Source of the DNA: Pristiophorus japonicus
Lineage: Eukaryota
DNA: 64,000 nucleotides
Direction: 5' to 3'
NCBI RefSeq assembly: GCF_044704955.1
Contig: NC_092002.1
Span: 4,836,001-4,900,000 of the forward strand
The notes under the pieces were generated by a model. That model had not been told where the DNA came from. It made no database searches and worked only from the letters and a program-made list of their open reading frames with translations. Both the position numbers and the translations under genes were made by a program. This document shows, in pieces, positions 22,410-32,230 of this stretch (position 1 is its first letter; every line of letters begins with the position of its first letter).

Positions 22410-23345
22410 CTGCGTTGGCTCGGTTAAGGAAGGTTTGGTTCAATACTTGTATCAGCGCCCTGTGCCATGCTTAAGGGGTACTATTCATAGAAATTTACAG
22501 CACTGAAGGAGGCCATTCGGACCATCGTTTCCACGCCGGCCGACAAAGAGCTACCCAGCCTAATCCCACTTTCCAGCTCTCGGTCCGTAGCCCTGTAGGT
22601 TACCGCACTTCAGGTGCACATCCAAGTACCTTTTAAATGTGGTGATTGTTTCTGCCTAATTTGGGGGGGTGGGGGGTGGGGGGAAATTGGGAAATTCCTC
22701 TCCGACCCATCTAGATGATCAAAACGAGTCCAGATCACTCTGGCCCTGAATTCCCTGCAGTACCTCCCCCTCTGTAAGGGGCGATCTCCGGCAGTGCGGC
22801 GCTCCCTCAGTACTGTTCCTCCGACAGTGCGGCTCTCCCTCAGTACTGCCCCTCCGACAGTGCAGCGCTCTCTCAGTACTGTTCCTCCGACAGTGCGGCG
22901 CTCCCTCAGCACCGCCCCTCCGACAGTGTGGCACTCCCTCAGCACTGCCCCTCCAACAGTGCGGCACTCCCTCAGCACTGCCCCTCCAACAGTGCGGCAC
23001 TCCCTCAGCACTGCACTGGGAGTGTCAGCCTAGATTTTTGTGCTCAAGTCCCTGGACTGGGACTTGAACCCACAACCTTCTGACTCAGAGGCGAGTGTGC
23101 TGCCCACTGAGCCACAGCTGACACTCGAATCAGGAAGCCCAAGGGAGGTAAACAGTTCCACATTTTTGAGATTGGCTGGGAAATAATACATGAAAGATCA
23201 GGTCATTACCCCAGTCGCAGTTTTTTCCCCCTCAGTTGTGAGATGAAAACCTGAGTGCACGGACACGTTAGTTGTATCCCTTTCTCAATGAAAAGCAGAA
23301 TCGGTCAGCCCAGAGGTGAGGCGGCAGCCTCTTTGGAAAGGATAC
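22410..23345 (-). other. EIF3K: U12-type (minor spliceosome) GT-AG intron 3 of EIF3K
   Basis: 5' site GTATCCTTT (23337-23345); branch site TTCCTTAAC (22423-22431) close to the AG; no polypyrimidine tract. Confidence 0.93.
22786..23124 (-). repeat. 33-bp minisatellite (~7 units) plus SINE head, inside the U12 intron
   Basis: Same unit and head. Confidence 0.9.
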
Positions 23346-23466
23346 ATGCGTCTGGTCGATCATACATTTGCAGAGCGTGAAGTCTGTATGTGGCAGGTTC
23401 GTTAGTGCCTTCAGCAAGATCTGCGCGGTTACAGTGGTCTGAAAGAAGGCGGGATTGAACTGATAC
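23346..23466 (-). CDS. EIF3K: eIF3k exon 3 ([40 protein letters not shown])
   Basis: 121 nt, cag/ acceptor and /GTATCCTTT (U12) donor. Confidence 0.97.
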
Positions 23467-23639
23467 CTGCAAGGAAGAAGCGAATGGATCACTGCAACAG
23501 CCACTTCAGCACGGTTTTAAATTTGGAGCAAACTCCCTTTCTCCTCTTTCAGTCCGTCTCCCTACATCACGCACATCATTGGTCGCGAGGAAGGGCAGTC
23601 AGATTGCTCCCGGCTCTCGGTCAATGCTACAACCTACGC

Positions 23640-24552
23640 AAATGTAACGCCCCTATTAAAAAAGGAGGCAGACAGAAAGCAGGAAGCCATAGACCACTTA
23701 GCCTAGCATCTGTGGTTGGGAAAATGCTGGAGTCCATTATTAAGGAAGCAGTAGCGGGACATTTGGAAAAGCATATTACAGTCAGGCATGGTTTTATGAA
23801 AAGGAAATCATGTTTGACAAATTTGCTGGAATTCTTTGAGGATGTAACGAACAGGGTGGATAAAGGGGAACCAGTGGATGTGGTGTATTTGGATTTCCAA
23901 GAGGCATTCGATAAGGTGCCACATAAAAGGTCACTGCACAAGATAAGATCTTAAGGGGTCAGGGGTAATATATTAGCATGGATGGGGGATTGGCTAACTA
24001 ACAGAAAACAGAGAGTCGGGATAAATAGGTCATTTTCCAGTTAGCAAATGGTAACTAGTGGGGTGCCACAGGGATCGGTGCTGGGGCATCAACTATTTAC
24101 AATCTATATTAATGACTTGGATGAAGGGACTTAGTGTAATGTAGCCAAGTTTGCTGATGATACAAAGATGGGTGGGAAAGCAAGTTGTGAGGAGGACACA
24201 ATGAATCTGCAAAGGGTTATAGACAGGCTAAGTGAGTGGGCAAACATTTGGCAGATGGAGTTTAATGTGGAGAAAGTGAGGTTATCCACTTTGGCAGGAA
24301 AAATAAAAAAGCAAATTATTATTTAAATAGAGAAGTTACAAAATGCTGCAGTACAGAGGGACCTGGGGGTCCTTGTGCATGAAACACAAAACGTTAGTAT
24401 GCAGGTACAACAAGTAATCAGGAAAGCAAATGCAATGTTGGCCTTTATTGCAAGGTGGGGTGGAGTACAAAAGCAGTATAAAAGTCCTGCTACAACTGTT
24501 CAGGGTATTGGTGAGACCCACACCTAGAGAACTGCGTACAGTTTTGGTCTCC
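23640..24552 (+). mobile_element. CR1-clade LINE RT fragment
   Basis: HGFMKRKSCLTNLLEFFE..VDVVYLDFQEAFDKVPH, GVPQGSVLG, KFADD. Confidence 0.9.
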
Positions 24553-24959
24553 TAAGATGAATAATTCCCCCGGCTACCCGTGGTGGGATTTGAACTTGTG
24601 ACCCCGGATCATTAGTCCAGGTCCCTGGATTACTAGACCAGTGACATAACCACTATGCTACCGACTCCACAGAAAAATACCTTGCTCGTACATGAATAAT
24701 GGTGAGGTACCAGAGAGTGTCGAACACCTGTGAAACTGTACTCCAACAATGGATAAATACCTTCAGGAAAGGAGAGGAGAAAACTGGAATGGGAACACAA
24801 TATTCAAACTTCTCAAAGTTAAATAACATCCAATTGAAGAGGTGTAGGAAATTTAAAAAAAACAGAAAATGGTGGAAGCACTCAGGTCAGACAGCCTCTG
24901 TGGAGAAACACAGTTCATGTTTTAGGTCAACAACCTTGCGTCAGAAGAGGTATACTTAC

Positions 24960-25058
24960 AGTTTAAGAACAGCCAGATTGGCTTCCAGATCGTACGCATT
25001 CTCCCTGGCCTGAGTCTCCACGTACCGTTCCAATGTTGAGAGATTCTCAGGGTTATAC
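24960..25058 (-). CDS. EIF3K: eIF3k exon 2 ([33 protein letters not shown])
   Basis: 99 nt, cag/ and /gtaagt. Confidence 0.97.
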
Positions 25059-25536
25059 CTGTGGGAGAAGGGGACACAGAATTGGAGCCAACTTTGTCTC
25101 CCAGTAACCCAGAGGTCTGAGGCTTAATAATCCAGCGAATGCAATTAAATCCCACTGCTGCAGTCTGAGAATTTGAATTCAGTTTAAATCATCTAAAATG
25201 TAAAAATCGGGTGGCAGTATAAGTGCCCACGAAGCTGTTGGATTGTCATAAAAACCATAAACGGTCTTACCCATGGCTGACTCTTAACTACCCTCAGCTG
25301 TATCAGAAGAGCCACCTCAGGATGGGAAATAAATACTGGCCTTCCAGCGACACCCAAAATCAGCAATGAGACAACACCAGATAACCTGGTTTTTGAGATG
25401 TATATTGAGGAGCACTCCACTATTTTTTTTTCCAATAGCACCACAAGATCTTTTACATCCACCTGAACGGGCAGACAGTGCCGCAGTTTGACATCTCACT
25501 GTAAGCACTCCCTCAGTACTGATGTGTCAGCCTACA

Positions 25537-26631
25537 AGGTCCAAGTTTCCCCAGGAGTTGCTCCGTTTATTTGGGAGCAACCAGATTTTTTTTGGAGTAA
25601 CTTAAAAATCGCAATTCTCCCCATTTAAATTGCTCCAGTGTAAGTGAGTTAGTTAGGTTTTTTTAGTTCAGTTTTTTTTCCAAAAGGGGGCGTAACCAGC
25701 CACTTACACTTTTGGCCATTTAAGCAAGTTTAGCCAGCTAAAACTTACCCCAAACTAAGTTAGGCCAGAGTAAGTGGCCACTTTTGGACGTTCTGAAAAA
25801 CCCTGTGGTGAATTAAGAGATCAGCGCAGATAGCCTCCACATGACAGTGTTATGATAGGAATGCTAGTTTTTTTTAAATCCCAAGCAGCGAGACTGGACA
25901 GGGTGTAGGTGCTATCAGCCTGATTAAACTGAGTATATTTTTAGTAAAGATAGCTAGATATTATTCCAACCCCCCTCTCTCCCCATCAAAACTCTTCCCC
26001 CCCACCAACCTGTCTCTTGTAGCCCTCGTGCGGCAGGCCACTCAGCCCGGGATAGGGACATAAGAACATAAGAATTAGGAACAGGAGTAGGCCATCTAGA
26101 CCCTCAAGCCTGCTCCGCCATTCAAAAAGATCATGACTGATCTGGCCGTGGACTCAGTTCTACTTACCCGCCCGCTCCCCGTAACCCTTAATTCCCTTAT
26201 TGGTTAAAAATCTATCTATCTGTGACTTGAATACATTCAATGAGCTAGCCTCAACTGCTTCCTTGGGCAGAGAATTTCACAGATTCACAACCCTCTGGGA
26301 GAAGAAATTCCTTCTCAACTCGGTTTTAAATTGGCTCCCCTGTATTTTGAGGCTGATAGCGCGCGTCGGCCCCTCCTACACAGCCTGCAACACACGCTCT
26401 CAGATTCTGGGGGCTAGGAGCTACTGCACATGCGTTCACACTCTAGCACGCATTGTGCAGAGATCCTGGCACTGTTTTCAGCGCTGGGACCCGGCTCCGC
26501 ACCCGAATCCAGTTGCCACGCTATGCCACCAGAGGAGAGGCTGGGGAGTGGCCAAACTCAGCCCGAAGATTTCTGGCGCCCTTGGAGTGCCACAACAGCA
26601 CCAGAAATCTGTACTGGCCAAATTTCGGCCC
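25537..26631. mobile_element. Probable related TIR element with a nested CR1 tail
   Basis: Starts aggtccaagtttcc, ends aaatttcggccc; CR1 3' end at ~26058-26352. Confidence 0.45.
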
Positions 26632-26789
26632 ATAGTGTGGACTTTAACCCACGACACACCAGTTACCCATAATCCAATCACAGATATAAATCGATACTCC
26701 AGTCACTGATATTAGAGTATCAATTAGCATCGGTGACTGATCAATGTTCCAGTCACTGATACTCTAGTGTCTGTGTGGCTCAGTCAGCA

Positions 26790-28073
26790 GCACTGTCGGA
26801 GGGGCAGTGCTGAGGGAGCGCCGCACTGTCGGAGGGGCAGTACTGAGAGAGCGCCTCACTGTCGGAGGGGCAGTACTGAGGGAGCGCCGCACTGTCGGAG
26901 GTGCAGTACTGAGGGAGTGCCGCACTGTCGGAGGGGCAGTACTGAGGGAGCGCCGAACTGTCGGCGGGGCAGTACTGAGGGAGCACCGCACTGTCGGAGG
27001 GGCAGTGCTGAGGGAGTGCCGCACTGTCGGAGGGGCGGTACTGAGGGAGCGCCGCACTGTCGGAGGGGCAGTACTGAGGGAGCACCGCACTGTCGGAGGG
27101 GCAGTACTGAGGGAGCGCCGCACTGTCGGAGGGGCAGTACTGAGGGAGCGCCGCACTGTTGGAGGGGCGGTACTGAGGGAGCGCCGCACTGTCGGAGGGG
27201 CGGTACTGAGGGAGCGCCGCACTGTCGGAGGGGCGGTAGTGAGGGAGCGCCGCACTGTCGGAGGGGCAGTGCTGAGGGAGTGCCGCACTGTCGGAGGGGC
27301 AGTACTGAGGGAGCGCCGCACTGTCGGAGGGGCAGTACTGAGGGAGCGCCGCACTGTCGGAGGGGCAGTACTGAGGGAGCACCGCACTTTCGGAGGGGCA
27401 GTACTGAGGGAGCACCGCACTGTCGGAGGGGCAGTGCTGAGGGAGCGCCGCACTGTCGGAGGGGCAGTACTGAGGGAGCACCGCACTGTCGGAGGGGCAG
27501 TACTGAGGGAGTGCCGCACTGTCGGAGGGGCAGTGCTGAGGGAGCGCCGCACTGTCGGAGGGGCAGTACTGAGGGAGCGCCGCACTGTCGGAGGGGCAGT
27601 ACTGAGGGAGCACCGCACTTTCGGAGGGGCAGTACTGAGGGAGCACCGCACTGTCGGAGGGGCAGTGCTGAGGGAGCGCCGCACTGTCGGAGGGGCAGTA
27701 CTGAGGGAGTGCTGCACTGTCGGAGGGGCAGTACTGAGGGAGCGCCGCACTGTCGGAGATGCCGTCTTTCGGATGAGACGTTAAACCGAGGCCCCGTCTG
27801 CTCCCTCTCAGGTGGACGTAAAAGATCCCAGGCCCACAATTTCGAAGAAGAGCAGGGGAGGTGTCCTGGGGCCAATATTTATCCCTCGACCAACATCACA
27901 AAAACAGATTATCTGGGACATTATCACATTGCTGTGTGTGGGAGCTTGCTGTGCACAAACTGGCTGCTGCGTTTCCCACAGTACAACAGTGACTACACTC
28001 CAAAACTACTCCATTGGCTGTAAAGCGCCTTGGGAACGTGCTGAGGAGGGTGAAAGGCGCTATAGAAATGCAG
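26790..28073 (+). repeat. 33-bp minisatellite (~29 units) plus SINE body and tail, in EIF3K intron 1
   Basis: Array 26790-27758, then body ending gaaaggcgctatagaaatgcag. Confidence 0.92.
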
Positions 28074-28074
28074 G

Positions 28075-28460
28075 TCGCGGCCTCTCACCGGTCGATGCCT
28101 TTCAGCAGCTTCCCCACGTTGGCCCTCATCTGCTCGATGGCGCTCATGGCTGCCGCTGCCCCTGCCCCTGCCGCTGCCCCTGCCGCTGCCGCTGTGTCTG
28201 ACTGTCTGCGCTCCGGGTGCCAGGCGAGTTGCCGAGTTTACGGGAGCCCCGGGCCTGCAGCAACCGGCGAAACCTCAACACACGCGGCTTCCGTCACACA
28301 CGGCGGGGAGAGGTCAAAGGGGGAGAGCAGCGGCTGAGCATGCGCGGCTCAGGCAGGCCGGCCGGACGGCCGCCGGTACGGCGCACGCGCAACCCCGGTC
28401 ACCGCGCCTGCGCGGCAGTCCCAATCTGGAACAAGTTGTGACGCATGCGCGTTTCTAATT
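28075..28460 (-). promoter_or_regulatory. EIF3K CpG-island promoter/5'UTR with TOP/TCT-like pyrimidine tract and ETS- and NRF1-like sites
   Basis: CpG-dense; - strand CTCTCCCCCTTTGACCTCTCCCC (28305-28327), CGGAAG (~28288-28293), GCATGCGC motifs (~28338, ~28443), CCAAT (28421). Confidence 0.75.
28089..28147 (-). CDS. EIF3K: eIF3 subunit K, exon 1 (MSAIEQMRANVGKLLKGIDR)
   Basis: GCAGCCATG start, 59 nt, /gtgaga donor; recognisable eIF3k N-terminus. Confidence 0.96.
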
Positions 28461-29084
28461 GTTCCCCCTGCTTCTATTAGTTGCTGGGCATTTGTAGAAT
28501 TTTACAATTCATCTTCCTCAAAGATGTCGACTTCTGTTAACTAGATTTCCTACATTACAACAGTGACTACACTCCAAAAGTACCTCATTGGCTGTAAAGC
28601 GCTTTGAGACGTCTAGTTGTCATGAAAGGCGCTATACAAATCCAAGTTCGTTGGCAGTTCATTTGATATATTCAAGAGGGAGTTAGATGTGGCCCTTACG
28701 GCTAAAGGGATCAAGGGGTATGGAGAGAAAGCAGAAAAGGGGTACTGAGGGAATGATCAGCCATGATCTTATTGAATGGTGGTGCAGGCTCAAAGGGCCG
28801 AATGGCCTACTCTGCACCTATTTTCTATGTTTCTAAGTCTTTCTTTCTTTAGCTTATTGTTGTACAGACTGTCAACCTTACTCCTGATAATCAGTTCCAT
28901 TATTTTACCTGCAATGGAAGTGAGTCTGTAGTTAAGAACATAGGTACAGGAGGGGGTCATGCAGCCACTCGAGTCGATCCCCTCCCCCCCCTCCTCACCC
29001 CATTCAATGAGATCATGGCTGTTCTGTGACCTGACTCCATATAACACGCCTTTGCTTCATATCCATAGTTAGATGCTTGTGAGG

Positions 29085-29585
29085 TCAGGTCGCACTCCAG
29101 GGACTTGAGCACAGAATCTAGGCTGACACTTCAGTGCAGTGCTGAGGGAGTGCTGCACTGTTGGAGGTGCCGTCTTTCGGATGAGATATTAAACCCAGGC
29201 CCCGCCTATCCTCTCACGTGGATTTAAAAGATCCCATGCCACTATTTCAAAGAAGAGCAGGGAAACATAGAAACATAGAAAACATAGAAAATAGGTGCAG
29301 GAGTAGGCCATTCGGCCCTTCGAACCTGCACCACCATTCAATAAGATCATGGCTGATCCGAAGTTCTCCCCGGTGTCCTTGGGGCCAATATTTATCCCTC
29401 AATCAACATAACAAAAACAGACGATCTTGTCATTATCACATTGCTGGTTGTGGGAGCTTGCTGTGCACATATTGGCTGCCGTGTTTCCCACATTACAACA
29501 GTGACTGCACTCCAAAAGTACTTCATTGGCTGTAAAGCGTTTTGGGGTGCTTTTTAAGTCATGAAAGGCGCTACATGTAAGTCTT
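29085..29585 (+). mobile_element. DeuSINE-like element (single unit) interrupted by a short antisense CR1 3' tail (~29263-29360)
   Basis: SINE body split at gaagagcagg|...|agttctcccc by an aaacatag-repeat CR1 tail. Confidence 0.8.
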
Positions 29586-29892
29586 TATCCCTTAATAATT
29601 TTGGTTAACAAAAATCTATCAATCTCAGATTTAAAATTAACAATTGACCCAGCATCAACTGCCATTTGTGGAAGAGCACTCCAAATTCCTACCATCCTTT
29701 GCTTCCTAACTTTACTCCTGAAAGGCCTGACTCTAACATCTAGGTTATGTCCCCAGTCCTAAAAACCCCAACCAGTGAAATCGTTTCTCTCTATCTACTC
29801 TATCAGTTCCCCTTAATATCTTGAAAACTCAACCTGTAACCTTGTAGTTTCGAGGGAATACAACTCTAGATTGTGTAATCTCTCCTTGTAAT

Positions 29893-30171
29893 TGTTGTGT
29901 ATGCAGACTCTTTGTATAGTCACTGTGTGGTTGTTTACCTGATGTACCATGAATAAGGTTTCACCGTGTACATACTATGCTGGCACCACTAGAGGGTGCA
30001 ACTGGTGGAGACCGGGAGTTTCCTGCCCTGGTGGCAGGGCCCAGTATAAAAGGCTGCCCACCATGCCTCAATGCCTCACTCTGGAGTTTGGAATAAAGGA
30101 CCAAGGTCCCTACACATGAGTTCAACACATTGCCTCTTGGAGTCCTTCATAAGTTCATTATGGACATAATA
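29893..30171 (+). mobile_element. Solo LTR (TG...TA) with 5-bp TSD GTAAT, TATA box and AATAAA
   Basis: GTAAT at 29888-29892 and 30172-30176; TATAAAA ~30045; AATAAA ~30092; interrupts a CR1. Confidence 0.8.
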
Positions 30172-31337
30172 GTAATTTAATCCTTTGAGTCCAAGTTTCA
30201 TTCTGGTAAACCTATGCTGCACTCCATCCAAGACTAATATATCCTTCCTAAGTTCTGCCGAAGGGTCACCGACCCAAAATGTTCACTCTGCTTTCTCTCC
30301 ACAGATGTTGCCTGACCCGCTGAGATTTCCAGCATTTTCTGTTTTTATATCCTCCCTAAGGTGTGGTGCCCAGAACTGCTCACAGTGCTCCAGGTGTGGG
30401 CTAACCAGGGCTTTGTACAGCTGCTGCATAACTTTTACCCCCTTGTATTCGAGTCCTCGAGATATAAAGGCCAGCATCTCATTAGGCTTTTTAATTAGTT
30501 TTGATACCTTTAGTCTTTGGACCTCACTGTTTCTCGCTTTTAAACCATTTAGAAAGTACTCTAAACTATCCTTTTTAGGTCCAAAGTGGATGACCTCACA
30601 CTTGCCTATATTGAAATCCATTTGCCAGTTATGCCCATTCACTTAATCTATTATTATCTATTTGTAATGTTATGCTTCCAACTACACTGCTTACAATAAA
30701 AGCAGGAATGAGCCATACCGCCCCTCGAGCCTGCTCCGCCATTCAATAAGATCATGGTTGATCTTCAACCTCAGCTCCCCTTCCCCGCCCGATCCCCTTA
30801 TCCCGTAGTTACCCGTGTCTCCTCTTTTTGAATTTGGGCACCACATTAGCCTGTGACCAATTGATTGGTACCTCGCCAGTTTCCAGTGATTTCCTCATAA
30901 TGATTGGCAGTGCCTCACAAATTTCCTCCCTAGTCTCTCCCAGCACTGTGGGGAAAAAGATCATATATCGCTGGAGATATATTGAGCTCATTTTGCCTAA
31001 CTAGAGCTTCCATTTCTATACAGTGAAGTGTTGGTTTTACTTGGGATATCCTTGTTTATAGAGGGCGTGTTGCTCATTTCTTCCTTTGTGAATACTTGGA
31101 GGAAGTAATTATTCAGAATATTTACTATTTTTTGCTCATCCTCAGTTCAAAGCTTATTTGACATTTTTTATGGGTTTCAGTTCTCTCTGACTGACCTGTT
31201 ACTGTTGTGGTACTAACATTATTGATGTAAAAGCATAACAACAAGACATGCCTGCATATATAATATTCTTAGCAATTCGTTAGCTCTTTGAAAGAGCCGG
31301 CACAGGCACGATGGGCTGAAAAACCTCCGACTTGCGT

Positions 31338-32230
31338 GGCAGCCGTGGCTCAGTGAGTAGCATCTTGCCTCTGAGTCAGAAGGTTGTGGGTTGAAGTGCT
31401 TTTCTAGAGACTTGAGCACAAAAAAATCCAGGCTGACACTTCCAGTGCAGTACTGAGGGGGCGCTGCACTGTCGGAGGGGCAGTACTGAGGGAGCGCCGC
31501 ACTGTCGGAGGGGCAGTACTGAGGGAGCGCCGCACTGTCGGAGGGGCAGTACTGAGGGAGCACCGCACTGTCGGAGGGGCAGTACTGAGGGAGCGCAGCA
31601 CTGTCGGAGGGGCAGTACTGAGGGAGCGCCGCACTGTCGGAGGGGCAGTACTGAGGGAGTGCCGCACTGTCGGAGGGGCAGTACTGAGGGAGCGCCGCAC
31701 TGTCGGAGGGGCAGTACTGAGGGAGCGCCGCACTGTCGGAGGGGCAGTACTGAGGGAGCACCGCACTGTCGGAGGGGCAGTACTGAGGGAGCGCAGCACT
31801 GTCGGAGGGGCAGTACTGAGGGAGCGCCGCACTGTCGGAGGGGCAGTACTGAGGGAGTGCCGCACTGTCGGAGGGGCAGTACTGAGGGAGTGTTGCACTG
31901 TCGAAGGTGCCGTCTTTCGGGTGAGACGTTAAACCGAGGCCCCGTCTGCCCTCTCAGGTGGACGTAAAAGATCTCACAGCCACTATTTCGAAGAAGAGCA
32001 GGGGAGTTATCTCCGGTGTCCTGGGTTCAATATTTATTCCTCAATCAACATACCAAAAAAACAGATGATGTGGGTCATTATCACATTGCTGTGTGTGGGA
32101 GCTTGCTGTGTGCAATTGGCTGTCGCGTTTCCCACATTACAACAGTGAATACACTCCAAAAGTACTTCATTGGCTGAGTTTGGGATGTCTGAATGGATGT
32201 GACAGGCATTATATAAATGCAAGTCTTTCT
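31338..32230 (+). mobile_element. Full-length tRNA-derived DeuSINE-like element (SacSINE1/AmnSINE1-like) with ~14-unit internal minisatellite
   Basis: A-box tggctcagtgag, B-box-like ggttgaagt, array 31445-31905, conserved central body, tail tatataaatgcaagtctttctt. Confidence 0.85.

Noticed and set aside
26790-27758. CRISPR-like appearance of regularly spaced ~33-bp repeats
   Set aside because: Units are head-to-tail with no unique spacers, there are no cas genes, and the context is a vertebrate intron
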